NCBI GenBank assembly: GCA_013265495.1
Contig: MU058456.1
Location: forward strand, 310,001-374,000
Length of the DNA stretch: 64,000 nt
Reading direction: 5' to 3'
Origin: Vicugna vicugna
Lineage: Eukaryota
Made by a program: the position numbers and the translations under genes. Under the pieces are notes generated by a model. It made no database searches, was not told the origin of the DNA, and was given only the letters and a program-made list of their open reading frames with translations. Of the stretch, positions 24,490 to 38,007 are shown one piece after another. Each line of letters opens with the position of its first letter. The stretch's first letter is position 1.

Positions 24490-25135
24490 GGTGGCAAATA
24501 ATGGGAGTAGGGGGATTGGCACTTAACTTCTCACTTTCCCTCTGGTGCACCTTCCTAGTCTACAGAGGCTGAAAAGCTAAACGTGGCATTTGCCAAACTC
24601 CCTTGCAGCTAAGTTTCTGGAAGAGATTTGTTTCTTTAGATGCACCCAGATGGGTTTGGAAAGGCAGAAAGCAGGTATTGGACGTCTTTATGCTGTGTCT
24701 GCAGTCCGGCTAGTGAGCATACTTGTGAAGGTGCTGGGTTTCTCTGCAGCAAGATTCCAGTGCCCAGTCACTGGCTTCATGAGTTTGGAGAGGTGACATG
24801 TGGAGCACCCACTTGTGGCCAGTTTGGATCTAGCCTGGGGGTAATCTTGGAGCTTCCAGTGCAGCAGCAATGACTTCCTGATTCCTGGACCATAGCGAGG
24901 GTGCTGTTTGGGAAGTCAGCCAGTAGGAGCCTCCTGTGTTTCTCCCTTCTTGCTGAGACTGAAGTAGCAACTCCCTAGATGGCTGGGTCTGCAAGGTGAA
25001 AACCCAGCATACCCTACTATTTGAGCCTTCCTCGTGAATTTGCAAACACCTATGGCCCTTTATTAAATCTATTTCTACTGAAGATAGCTGGAGTTGTTGC
25101 TGTTTTTTGTTATGGAACCTCAGTTGAGATAGTGG
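24490..25135 (+). mobile_element. ERVL solo LTR, LTR41-like
   Basis: 'gaggctgaaaagctaaacgtggcatttgccaaactcccttgcagcta' and 3' 'attaaatctatttctactgaagatagctggagttg'. Confidence 0.7.
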
Positions 25136-25374
25136 CCATGATCAAAAGCGTTTATAAAGAAAGTTTCCAGTTTTGTGAACTCTTTCTTCGTTTAAGCAGC
25201 TCATACACTAAGACAAAGAACAGGTATATGCAGATTTATCTAGGATGAAAAGCAAAATGGAAATACTATGCACAGGTCAAGGAGGTAGAGAATCAGTGTG
25301 GGAGGGGAGAGAATAAAGACTGTGTCTGAGTTTGATGCCCAGACTGAGGGGGATTGGGGAGAAGTAATTAAAAC

Positions 25375-26400
25375 CAGGAAATCCACAAGCAAAAAAAAAA
25401 AAAAATTGGACTCTTACTTTACAGCATATACAAAAATTAACTCAAAATGGATCAAATACCTACCTGTAAGACTAAAACTCTAAGGGGTTGATATCCATAA
25501 CATATAAAGAACTCCTACAACTTAACAGCAAAAAAACGTATAACCCATTTAAAGATAGGCAAAGAACTTGAATAGACATTTCTCCAGAGAAGATACATAA
25601 ATGGCCAAAAAGCACATGAAAAGATGCTCAACAGCACTAGCCATTAGGGAAGTACATATCAAAACCACAATGAGATACTACCTCACACTCATTAGGATGG
25701 CTATTATTTAAAACAAAAAGCCAGAAAATAACACTGATAAGGATATAGAGAAATTGGAAAGTTTGTGCATTGCCATTGCTGGTGGGAATGTAAAATGGTG
25801 CAGCCCCTGTGGAAAACAGTATGGTGATTCCTCAAAAAATTAAAAATTGAATTACCATATGATCCAGCAATTCCACTTCTGGATGTATACTCAAAGAAAA
25901 CATGAAAGCAGGCACTCAAACAGATATTTGTCCACCCATGTTCATAACAGCATTATTCACAAAAGCCAAAAGATGGAAGCAACTCAGGTATCCACTGATG
26001 GATGAATGGATACGTAAATGTGATATGCACGTATAATGGAATATTATTCAGGCTTGAAAAGGAAGGTAATTCTCACATGTGCTACAACATGCATATACCT
26101 TGAGGAAGTTAGTTTAAGTGAAATAAGTTGACTGTATGCGTCCATTTAGATGAGGTACCTGGAGGCATCACATTCACAGAGGCAGAAAGTAGAATGGTAG
26201 TTGCCAGGGGCAAAAGGGAGGGAAAATGGAGAGTTAGTGTTTAAGCAGGACAGAGTTAGAGGAGATGAAGAAGTTCTGGAGGTGGATGGAGGGCATGGCA
26301 AGCACACTGGGAATGTACATAATGCCATAGAACTGTACAGTTTAAATGGTTAAAATGGTAAATTTTATGTTATTTATATTTTATTCCAGTTTTTTAAAGG
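25375..26400 (+). mobile_element. L1MB-type 3' end with ORF2 fragment
   Basis: LDSYFTAYTKINSKWIK peptide; 'aattaccatatgatccagcaattccacttctgg'; 'aaatggttaaaatggtaaattttatgtta'. Confidence 0.92.
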
Positions 26401-29400
26401 TAAAAATCTAGAATATAGGTTATCATTAGGAAATAGTGAAAGAGGTAGATGCTGGGATAGTGTGTGGATACAGGAAGAATTAGGAGACAGAAAACAAAAT
26501 AAGGGCAGAGATGTTTTTGGTTAGCTTGGGGAATGGGTTTCATTATTTGAGAGTCAACTATCTCTAAACTTTCAAAAGAGCCAATATGTGTATATATTTC
26601 AGTTAATATTTTCTAAACAAGCAGTAATACATTTGCAGAATGTTGATAATGTATGTTACACTCAAGGCAGAATTTCATGGATCCCATATGTCCATGTTTA
26701 AATCTCAGGCATAATTCCACCATAGGACATTTTAAAATCCATTTTACAATGTAAAATAATAATAAGAATAAGACTATCATTTGAAAACTGCCATGGAGCA
26801 CTTGGGTTAATTGCAATGGTTCACCGTGTATTTTTATTGTTCTAATACTTCTCTGCGACACCATGGTGAGCACTTGATTTGACTGTGGTGGGTAATCTGT
26901 GGGGAAGAAGCACCAATGATGTTTTTAAAAGGACCTGTGGATACTTTGATTTCAAAGTAATTTATTCCAAGGGGAACCTTTCTGAGATGACATAGTGAGG
27001 TTATTTGGTCAGAGAGCTCTCACAGTCATGAAGAAGAAAGGAAGCACAATTCTTTTATTGAATTGACATTGCATCAGGAAAAAGAGCTAAAAAGTGATTG
27101 ATTGCAAATGTAATGTAGGGGACAGAAGCATCTGGTTCAGGCATAAATAAAAAGGCTCTTCAACATATGGCACTAATTTGCATTTATGCTTACATAATCT
27201 CACCTTTTCAAATGGCTATGCCTTTCTCAAAACGGGCTGCTCTGGGTACCCGTGTGGAGCCATAGCACAGGTGAGAGCGAGTGTCCTCATGGCCTGTTTC
27301 CGTAAGGAAAGGCACTGAATATTAATGCAGGGACTCGGGGTCGGTTTGTGTTTCTGGCTCCAATTTATCCAGAATCACAGCTACAGACCCAACAGTGGGA
27401 TGGCATTCAGTCCAGGGGCTCAATTAGAAATCTGGCTCGAAGTGTTGAATGCAGATGACTTCAAAGGTTAAACTGGGGCTTAAATACTTCTTATTTTTAA
27501 TGCAAAACCAAAAATTAAGCTTTGGCAAAGCCCAAAAAGGTGTGATTTTTTTAGGCCTGCCTCTCTGTATCAAAGAGAGTTTGACTCTATTTAGCTTGAC
27601 AGAAACCATAGAGAACTGAACAACCCCTTCAAAGTTGGTGGCATCAAATGAACCCTCCATTCACTGGTGACTCGTGAAGAAGAGGGCCAGCAACATCTCT
27701 TCTCCCTTACACTTTGGTGGCACATTGATCCCTAGACATTCCTAACCCCCAGACATCCCTGCAGGCGCCTGGCCTGGGCGTCTGCACTCTGCTCCTAAGA
27801 GCTCATAGACTAAGAAACCAGGAGAAATACATTTACAGAGAGGTTTCGGTACCCAGTATACCCGAGATAGTGGAGGATAATATTTCCTTTGGTTTAATCC
27901 TAACTCTTGAGAAAAACGTCCAGGAAACACCACATTTCACTTAGCCTTCTCTCTTTGTTCCGAGGACAGGGTTCTACCCCCTTGGCAAGGTCCAGGGCAC
28001 TTCATGCTCAGCCTGACCCTGACCCAAGGCAACTCAGTTACTCTGCCTCCAGCCGCTGCCACCACGAACTTGCGCATAATTTGAGGTGACCGTCCTTGAG
28101 AATAACAAGCCCTGTTCTCGTAAACAGCCGTTCTGTCTTCTCCTGGGAGAAACTGTTCAACTTTACTTGACCCTTTCTCATAAATCTAATTTTTAAATTG
28201 AATTTCTCTTAAAACAATAAAAAGGGTGGTTGCTCTCTGAGCTGACTGCTTTCCTGCTTTGCTCTAGCCAGCCGCCTGCCTCTCCATGGAAAAGTCCGAC
28301 ACAGTGTCCCCAGTGTGTAAGGACTAAATGTAAAGTTTTACTAAGTCCCAACTCTTTTATCTAAATCACTTCTAACTTTCAAATGATTATTTGTCTTTTC
28401 ATGTTTAGTTTCATCGCTGACACATCTGAATTTTCCTGACAATAAAACTCCAAGTCTTATCTCTTTGCTGGGACGAGAACCTCTATTTCATGTTCTGATC
28501 TAAGGAAACTCGGCAGTTGATTTAATAGCAATTTTCTCCCTCAGCAATGGCTTAAGTAAGTGGGTGTTTCAAGATTATGTGGATAAAGCATATAGTTCCT
28601 CTACTTTTTTCATATTTGAAAAACCTCATTTTGATGCCTAATAAATTTTAAAATACAGATTTCTGCTCAGCTTTTCTAATTAGGAAACTCACCCAATATA
28701 CTAAAATTATCTTCCAAAGACTTCTAATCTCCATGAAAGTCCAACCGAACAGTAGATGAAAGTATGTTTTGGATCCATAATAGTTCCCTGCTTCAGGGAA
28801 TGCAAACAACAAATTGAAATACCGCCCCCACCCAAAAGACAACTTTAGATCCAATTAACTTATTTCCTGTAAGTGTGATTGTTGCTGAAACACTTTCATT
28901 CCTCCAGGAAAGTGCCCTTCTCAAAAAGCTGCATCCAGTAGGTAGAGAAGGACAGAAGATGATGTAGAGGACAAAAGATGAATTGAGGAGTACCTGTTAG
29001 AAACTCTTGTGTGACTAGGCTTACTCTGGACACTGATTTATATCCACCCTAATGACAGAGAGTAGTTGTTTGCACACGTTTCTGGCAAATCTTGGGAAAT
29101 GCCAAGTTATAGCCATAAGAGCTTTCAGACTAGGTTGCAACAGGATCATATGCACTGGTATATATAAAGCCACTGTGGCAGCAAAGTCTCCTGGAGAAAT
29201 CTGTGGGGAGGAAGAAGACAAAAGGCCCTGGGCACTTACTGCTTTCTGGAAAGGAGTCATGGCCCTGCACGGGAGTTTAGAAAGCCGGAAGCTGCTGTCA
29301 GCTTGGGCAGGGTAGAAAGTGCATGGAATGTACTCAGTCTGAGCTTCCTTCATCATTGTGCTTCAACTTGGTGGTTGTTAAGGCTTTGGTTAAACCTAAT

Positions 29401-29420
29401 GGAAGTCTTTAAAAACTAAA

Positions 29421-30015
29421 TCTTTTTTTCTATTTTTTATGGAAGTATAGTAGGTTTATCATGTTGTGTTAATTTCTGGTGTACAGCAGAGTGATTTGGT
29501 TATACATTATATATATTCCTTTTTATTACAGGCTATTACAAGGTAATGAATATAGTTCCCTGTGCTATACAATAGGACCTTGTTGTTTATCTATTATATA
29601 TATAGTAGCCTGTATTTGCTAATCCCCAACTCCCAATTTATCCCTCCACCCTTCTCCTTTCCCCTCTGGTAACCATAAGTTTGTTTTCTATGTCTGTGAG
29701 TCTGTTTCTGTTTTGTAAGTAAGTAAGTTCATCTACATCATTTTTTTAAGATTCCACATATAAGTGATACCATATGGTATTTTTCTTTCTCTTTCTGGCT
29801 TACTTCATTAGTATGACAATCTCCAGGTCCATCTATGTTGCTGCAAATGGCATTATTTTATTCTTTTTTATGGCTGAGTAGTATTCCTTTGTGTGTGTGT
29901 GAGTGTGTGTATACACAACTATTTTATCCAATCATCTGTTGATGGGCATTTAGGTTGCTTCCATTGTCAGTAGTGCTGCTATGAACATTGGGGGGCATGT
30001 ATCTTTTTTGAATTA
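29421..30015 (-). mobile_element. Young camelid-type L1 3' end
   Basis: Closely similar to 1593-2200 and the reverse of 4607-4935: 'gaatatagttccctgtgctataca', 'ggtaaccataagtttgttttcta'. Confidence 0.92.
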
Positions 30016-31244
30016 ATCTCTGTTTTAACAGGAGTTATAAAGATTATCCATACCAATGATGGTTATTCATTCATATAGTATTTTGAGAACTTTACATGTT
30101 TATTAGGAGATAAAGAAAACACCCTTGCTTTTGCAAGCTGTTTAATGCTTTCTCCTGTTCTTCTTTTCCTTTATCATTTTGGAAAAGAGGCACCAAGACA
30201 GAAGTTAGACAATGCGAGCAATACCCAGGTATAATTTGTATACAGACCACTGGAAAACATGGAAAATACAGGTAATCAAATTAAAACAGGACATGTAAAT
30301 TCTCAGTAACAGATGAACCCCTTGTTCCCTTCTAAATGAACCTTTTGCTTTTCTGCCCCTTTTCCATTCCTCCCAGATTGTCCTTTCTGTCTTTGCCTGT
30401 TAACATTGTGTGATATTATTACAGCACAAAACACAAGCCTTTAAGAGGCTAGGCGTGATCTCCCCCGCTGACCTCTGTAGACTTAATTTCTGTGCCGGAT
30501 ACTTGACACTTATCCTGCCATGACTTGCATTACAGTTAACACGACACAGCTCCTAATTTGACTGGAAGTCCAGATAAACCTCTTTTCCTGGCATCCCTTC
30601 TTATATTAGCAGTTGCCTCAGATTTTTGGTTTTTGTTTTAGACAGAGTCTTATTATTAATAATGACATTAAAATAACCAGCATGGGTTTGGTAGACCTCC
30701 ACCGCGCACTACGTCAAATCTAGTTGTATGTGAGACATACACGTGCTGAACAGAGTTCTCACTTTAACATGTAGTTAAGTTAAAGATGACCAGCAGAGCC
30801 TGTCTTTTCCTGACCTTTTGTAGATACAGTGTCAGCTAGTATTTCCATTTCAAGGACAGCAAGCAGGACACTCACTGATAAAAACTAGTGTTTGGAAACA
30901 CAGGCAGTGAAGGACAGCTTGCTCATGCCAGCCTACAAGGGTGGGGGAGGTGGTCGATGCTGTTGCTCCAGGTGGACACTGGTAATCTAGCCAGTCCTAC
31001 CAGGACCTGTAAGAGCGAGAAGCAAGACCTCCAGGCCACGTGGCATGAGGGTCAGTGGGCAGTTGGGGTAATTATAGGTTGTACCATGGAATATGTCCAG
31101 AACATAGCGGCTGAGCAGTCTTGCAGTTGTGCACACAGAGAAGGTGGTTGGAATGCTTTGTTGCTACAGTTCTCTCATTTATCATACAGTGCAAACCAAC
31201 ATTGATTTATTTTACAAAAATGAATCCTGTCATCAGCATGAGCT

Positions 31245-31830
31245 TTATTATTATTAATGAGATTAAATAGACATAACATAAAATTCACCATTTCAACCAA
31301 TATGAGATGTCTAATTCAGTGGTTTTGAGTATATTCACAATGCTGTGGAACCATAACCATTATCTAATTCCAGAACACTTCCATTATGCCAAAAAAAAAA
31401 ACCAAAAACCAAAACCCTGTGCCTATTAACAGTCACACCCAACTTCCTTCTCTTTTCTCTAGCAACCATCAATCTATTTTCTGTCTCCATGTATTTGCCT
31501 ATTCTGGATGTTTTAAATAAATGGAGTCACAGAATATGCAGGCCTTTGTATATATACCTGAGAGTGGAATTGCTGGATCATATGGTAACTTTCTGAGAAG
31601 GTGCCAAACTGTTTTTCAGGGTAGCTACATCATTGTACATTCCCACCCAGAAAGATGAGAGTTCCAACTGCTCCACATGCTAACCAACATTTGTTATTAT
31701 TTTACATTTGGTCATAGCCATCCTAGTGGGTGTAAGTTGATATCTCACTTTGGCTTTGATTTGCATTTACTTAACGACTAATGATGTTGAGCATCTTCCC
31801 TTGTGCATATTGGCCAACTGTATATGTTCA
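31245..31830 (-). mobile_element. L1MB-type 3' end
   Basis: 'acataacataaaattcaccattt', 'gtggaattgctggatcatatggtaac' and 'atgatgttgagcatctt'. Confidence 0.88.
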
Positions 31831-32515
31831 GAGCCTCAAGTCAGCCAGAGGTGAGAGCTGAGGGCCTTCTCAGGTCCCTGCTGAGCATGAACACAGCTGA
31901 ACCTGTCCATGAACCTGGGCATGTGTGTCTTTCTAAATTTCCAGGAATATGCCACACCTTTCTGTATTTCTAAAATATATCACTCTGACACTTTCCTCCC
32001 AAGCTTTTTGGTTCATCTACTGGTAGCTACAATTGTTATTTATTGCATTAGGTAGCAGAGACTAAAACATTTGCCTATAAATATTTTCAACGAAGAGGCT
32101 TTGCCCCCGTTAACAGCTTTAGCACTCTTTAGATGAGAGCTCCAGTCAGGTAAGAGAAAGACAAGTCTTTTGAGAAGCTCCCCCAGAGAGCCACCAGACA
32201 GAACAACTAAGAGCAATTTGTAAAGTTTATCTCTTCTGCTTTCTTCTCTACCAGTACCAGGAATGTGGGCTGCTAGTTTCAAGGCCACTTTTGAGCTGGA
32301 GGATGGGGAATGGGATTAAAGTAAGTTAAGATGCCACAAAGCTCACTGTTCTTACCAAGATTCAGTCATTTTTCTTGAATCAACATTCCCCGGGTTGTTG
32401 CAAGCTTTTGGTTGGTTTCCAAGGTTCCACAAAAATTGATTCTTACTTTTTTTGTCAGTTTTTTTCATTGCTTTATGGAGGAAGCTTTTAGAATTCCTTA
32501 ACTTACTGTTTTGTC
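31830..32515 (-). mobile_element. Old L1M 5'-region fragment
   Basis: 'agcctcaagtcagccagaggtgagagctgagggccttctcaggtc' and 'ccacaaagctcactgttcttaccaagattcagtcatttttcttgaat'. Confidence 0.55.
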
Positions 32516-32684
32516 ACAACAATAAACATTTTAAGAGCACACGTTTAATGAAAAATTAAGAACTGAACACACCACTGGGATGTCTGGCAAGCTCTGAAGG
32601 TGAATGATCTCCCCAACAAGAAAGAAGGGCATTTACTGAAAGGAGAAGGGGATGGGCCCCTCCTTCAGAGGAGGGAGTCTAGGA

Positions 32685-32884
32685 CAGTGCTCTGTCCAGC
32701 AGAACTTCCTGTGATGGTGGAAATATTCTATGTCATCTAATACCTTAGCTGTGGCTACTGAGTACTCGAAATGTGGTTTGTGAGACCGAGGAACTGGAAT
32801 TTTAATTTCACCTAGCTGTAATTCATTTAGATTTATATTTAAAAAGCCATGTGTGGCTAGTGGCTACCATATTGGATGATGCAG
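32685..32884. mobile_element. MER3 hAT-Charlie MITE
   Basis: 'cagtgctctgtccagcagaacttcctgtgatggtggaaatattcta...tgtggctagtggctaccatattgga'; 8-bp TSD-like gtctagga / gtctagag. Confidence 0.9.
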
Positions 32885-33676
32885 GTCTAGAGAGACATTG
32901 TAAAGGTTTCTGGTTCAGTAAATTATCACTTTTAGGGATTTTCTGAAATCTTTATTTCCTCCCATTTAGGGATAAATAATAACCTAGAACCACAAGGGTC
33001 CAACTGATTATTTCAGGCTGATTGGAAAGAGGGAGAAGAGAGGCTTAGGGAATAAAATAATCTCAGGAGAAGGCTGTGGTAGCAGCTAGAAATAAGAAAG
33101 GCAAAAGTATTAACTATTTTTGGGAGAAGACAGAGAGCAGGAGGAAGGAAGAACACTTTGAAAGCATATCAGGGATGAATGACTGAGCCTGGGGGCTCAG
33201 CCTGCCCATCACTGGGGGAGCGCAGCCCGGGAGATGGCATTACACATAGGGTGAGCTCAGCTCTCCCATTCATTTTATCAAAATTATCCACTCATTTCTT
33301 TTAAGAACTATCTTCCAATTTAAACAGTTAAATTACTGTGAGTAAATGAGATGTTTCACCTTGGTTAGCATAACCAAGGCTGTGATTCTTTTTAAAATTA
33401 ATAGGTGAAGTCTACTATGTGCATTTATTAGCTAACAATGTGAACACCAAAACATACATGATGGCACATGTGTGCACACACACTGCTAATCTTACAAACC
33501 TTTTCTGTAAATTATCTAGATCTTCCCTTAACTTATTGACTGAAAAGTTATATGAGAAAAGATCCCAAGGAACTTCCTGTCATTATTCTAGAATGAATGA
33601 TGTCCTTTCCTCAACCTGGCAGTTGGGGGCCTAGCCTGCCCTGTGCAACTGGAACATTTTTTCTCTGTCTCTCTTT

Positions 33677-33730
33677 CTCACACACACACATGCGCACACG
33701 CCCACACATGCACACGCATACACATACATG
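33677..33730. repeat. Imperfect (CA)n microsatellite
   Basis: cacacacacacatgcgcacacgcccacacatgcacacgcatacacatac. Confidence 0.85.
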
Positions 33731-35254
33731 TGCTGCTTTTTTTTTTTTGTAAACTTTCGGGTAAATGAACAGATAATCTGAGTCTTCTGGGGTCTCACTT
33801 TCTCTCAGAAGAAATATCAAGTTTCTTCAGTCCAGATTCGGCCAAATGCCTTTTGTCTTCAGAAAAGTACCAGCATTTGCTCTAAATCATCACGGATCTG
33901 CAGGACCTGAAAAACGCTCTTTAGAAAGTAAAAAGTAATAAAAATGTAAATAATTCAAATTTAACTCACAACACTATTCCCACGGCTCATTACCTCAGGG
34001 AAACCATTACTGTATCATAGGGGACTGTGGGAAAAATCCATGAAAACTGCAGGTTGATGAAAAAGCGCGGACTCAATGGTGTTTATTTACAACAAACACA
34101 AACAGCTATAGCAATACACAAAGTAAAACTCTTTGACATAGGGCTTTAAATTGGGTTCTGAAACCCTTCTTTGAAAAGTTAAAAACTGGCTCAACAAGTC
34201 TTTATTCCAAGCACTCAAAAGATTGGCACATTAGCAAATTTCAGCAGATGAGCAAGGAAAAAAAGAAAAGCCATTCAGGGAAAGGAAAACAGACATTTTG
34301 GGTAAAATGTTCTTCAGAGGGGCTAGAAATTTTACTGCCTTTTCTTCCCCAGCTCTTTCAGTTCTTGTACCAGAAAATTCCAGGGGTTGAGGTACACGTG
34401 TGGTCACAGATGCTGGTCAGCCAGTGACGTTGATTCGGTCTGTCTTCTGTGCAGGAATGGTGGGAGGGATTGGAAAGAGCTGCAGGATCAGACTTTCCGC
34501 ATATGAGAAACTGCACATACAAAGCATATTCATAGACGGATACAGCAAGAGCAGATGAATAGTGTAAAATCTCTAGGTACATAATTAATGAAGGCTCATT
34601 GAGTACAGGAATTAGGAGAACTGGGTCAAGCTAATCAGGGAAGGTTCTTAGGAAGTGATTTTGAAGCCAGATTTGAAAGGTGAGAGAGAATTTAATGGAA
34701 TGGGATGAGAGAGTACGTCCCTCCTTCCCCCCGCCCCCACCCCGCCCCGGAGGACAGGCGTCATCTGGGCTTGTATTTCCATTGGTGTATGGGTGAATGG
34801 CACGCTGAAGCGAGGCCTCATCACACCGCACGTGCAGTTGTGCCGAGTTGCAGAGGAGGCAGGGGACGGGGTAATAGTCTGGGATCCTTCTCTCTGAGTG
34901 CCAGGTTCCAAGCCAACTTCGGATCAGATGAGGTCCAGATCCTTCTTAAGGAACAAGAGGCAATTGAGGGCAGGAAAGCATGCTGTGCACTTTGAAACAA
35001 AACATTCCTTAAGAGCAGAGGCACCTTGGAGGCACCAGGAAGGGAAGGAGGTCCCCTGGAGGAGAGTGGTCCTGTATGGACCATTGTGGGGTGAGAGAAT
35101 GATGGAGATCCAGGTGTCCCTCACAAGGACAGGTGGAACTGTGTGGCCCACAGCTGATATCTGCTTTTACTCAGATAAGGTCACTCCTCTCAAGGAGGGG
35201 GAAAGAGGGGGGCGGTGGGTGGTGGGGGAGCGATGAGCTCGGGTGATTACGAGG

Positions 35255-35480
35255 CAGTGTGGCAGGTGCTGTGATCCAGGGGAGTGAGAATGCGGTGAGG
35301 TCTCAGTGACGTATTCTGCTGAGGGGTTGTGCGAAGACATCACAGACTTGTGAGTGACATTTGCCTTTTGAATTGGGCTCTGAAGACTGAGTAGTCGTTC
35401 TCCAGAGAAAAGCAGGGAGGGCACTTCAGGCAGAGGGACACGCTGGGAGGAAAATACAGAAGCATGAAAGGGTGATGTGC
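35255..35480 (-). mobile_element. L2 fragment
   Basis: 'gtgacatttg...ctgaagactgagtag...ttcaggcagagggaca'. Confidence 0.5.
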
Positions 35481-35754
35481 CCAAAGTGGCTGCGTCTGCC
35501 CCTTGGAGGAGAGTCCCCTTCCTTCTTGGGGGGAGGGGAGAGAGAAGGAAGAAATTTTGGTTACCAGACTTGTTAAAGCCAAGCAGTATAATGAGTCCAG
35601 CTGCTAATTTATAGGGAACCCTAGGGCAGGAGAACGCTTCGGACTGTACCACCCAGGCCTCAGCAAATCCAGGCTGTGGTGTGCTCTCCCCTTCCAGCTC
35701 CCTGAGTTCTTCAACAGATAAATGATAAAGAAAAGAGAAGAACTGAGGAGGTTT

Positions 35755-36030
35755 TGCAGGTTTAAAGAGACTTAATATACATCTTTTTTTTTAAAAGAAA
35801 AACTAATCCATAATTTTTATTACTTGGATGAAAAATGATACAGAAACACAAGGAAGACGACTGAAAATGAGAATGGTACTTACCTAGGGAGGAAAAGAAG
35901 AGCTTATGCTAGGGCTTCTGGGGTTGCTGGCAAAGTTCTGTTTATGGACCTGAATAGTAGTTATAAAAAGCATTTGCCTTAATCATTCATTAAGGTGTGC
36001 ATTTGTTTTGTGTGGTTGTCTGAATTTTTA
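35755..36030 (+). mobile_element. L1ME-like 3' end fragment
   Basis: 'gggcttctggggttgctggcaaagttctgtttatggacctg'. Confidence 0.65.
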
Positions 36031-37524
36031 TGTGAAAGTTGTGGAAATGAAGTAATGAGTGACACTTTTCCAAGAGTGAACTGGTGTCCTGCAGAGATGG
36101 GTGTTACATATGGAAGTGATCTCACTGCAGCCAAGCTCAGCACTAGCTTAACTGAGCCGGAGCGGTGATGATAGGGAAGACCAAACATGCTGACGACAGC
36201 AGAGATGAGCTGGGCCTCCCCCTGCGGCTGCTCCGAGCTCGGGAGCTCAAGGCACAACGTGCTCCAACTAGTGAACCACCCGCTTCCACACTTGCCTTTC
36301 CAGAAGTAGCAGCTGATACCAAAAAACAAATGAATAACGAAACATACAACCCCCATCAACCCACGTTCCCCAGATCAGAAAGCCTCAGATATTTGCATTC
36401 TGCTTTGGTTGGGTAACAATTTCAGGTGACTTGGCTAAAAGTACATTCATTAACTCCTCAGGTTGCCTTTTAAGATGAGGATCTATGTGGTTCTTGGGTA
36501 GGAAAAAACAAAGACATGCATGAGAACCCCATGCCTACTTTCTCTTTTACCAGTAATCTCTGCATCCTGCAGGCCAGGTGTTGTGTTTCAGGTCACATCC
36601 CCAGCTCCTCAGTTGCACATTTGTTTGGGGATAAGCAGTTAAACATCTCAAACTGTGGATTCCAGCGTTGAATGCACATATATACAGCCAGACACTAAGC
36701 AGGAATAATAATAAGGCAGTAAGTCCTGTGGTTAAACAAATATGTTTCCAATTCCCTTTGTCGTCTTCAAACAGCTAATGGAGATGCCTCTGTCCTTATT
36801 AGCCAAGCACTTTGCTTGTCTGTCTGCCCTTTCCCTGGCGCTGGGAGAAGCAATGCCTTGAAGACTGCTTTCCCAAGAAGAAGGCCGTCAGACTCTTATT
36901 AAATATAAACAAGTAAAAGTAACTCAGGACTATTTTTGTGCCTGAGATGCTTTTTTTTTTGTTTTTCCTGAGACGCTTTTGATACTGGTCCCTGTGGTAA
37001 TTCTGGCTTGCTCATTTTAACGAGTGAGGTTTGGACCTTGCTGTCCTCGTATGTATATTAACTCCTCACTCAAAGGCAGGGAGGATATGATGTGAATAAC
37101 AAATAGAGGATCAGATGCTCAGGTCAACAGGGCTTTCGTAAATGAACACTGTTCAATGTCATAGCCAAGGTCAGCTGAAACTGTGAAGCCACTTGGCAGA
37201 GAAAGGAGAGACTGAGAAAGAGCCCTCAAAGTTCGAAGGGGATTAGCTATCGAGAGTTAGCCCGTGAGGGTTAGCTGTATTTGTAAAAGAGAGTTCACTT
37301 TCGAATAGTTTGCAGGCTGAACTCTTGGCGTGGAATTCGTCAGAGAGTGAAGTTTCAGCTTTCTGGTACCCTTTTGCAATGGATCATTCTAGATAGCCAA
37401 GCACTCTGAATAGCCAGAAATTTATCTAATAAAACACAAAATATTTTTAAAACCATGTTGGGTTAAAAAAAACTTTCTGGAAAATGTTTTACACACTCTC
37501 CTGAGTGGCCAATAGAAAGAATAT

Positions 37525-37720
37525 AGACTTAGGAGGGCAACAGAGCTAGAAAACCCACAGCCCCATTTACTAGTTGGGTGTTCTTGGCTAATTATCCTTA
37601 CTGGGCCTCAGGTTCTTAAGCTGTGCAATGGGCATTATTGCATGAAATGGTAAGTATTTGTTACATTTTGCTATATAGTAAGTCCTCCTCACAATTGGCT
37701 CCTTGTAGGCCACCAGCCTG
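37525..37720 (+). mobile_element. MIR SINE
   Basis: 'ccatttactagttgggtgttcttggc...ctgggcctcaggttcttaagctgtgcaatggg'. Confidence 0.7.
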
Positions 37721-38007
37721 GCTCTAATCTTCCATGCGTTGAATAGATATGATCTGGGAAAATACCAATACCTGAAGGAGCACAGAAAGGCTAGAAGGAT
37801 GCATTTGACTAAGTTGGAAGGCCCCTTGGTTTGAGAGGTCCTAGTGGGCATCGGGGTGTAGGTGGGGTTGGCTCTGAGGGCTGAGTAGGCAGCCTCCAGG
37901 TGATGTGATTCAGAGGTTTCCCCTGCTTTGTTTCCCATCTTCCTTCCATAATCAGGATGCCAGACGTTGATTCCTTAGACATTTCCTCTTAAACAGTATC
38001 TTGGAGG

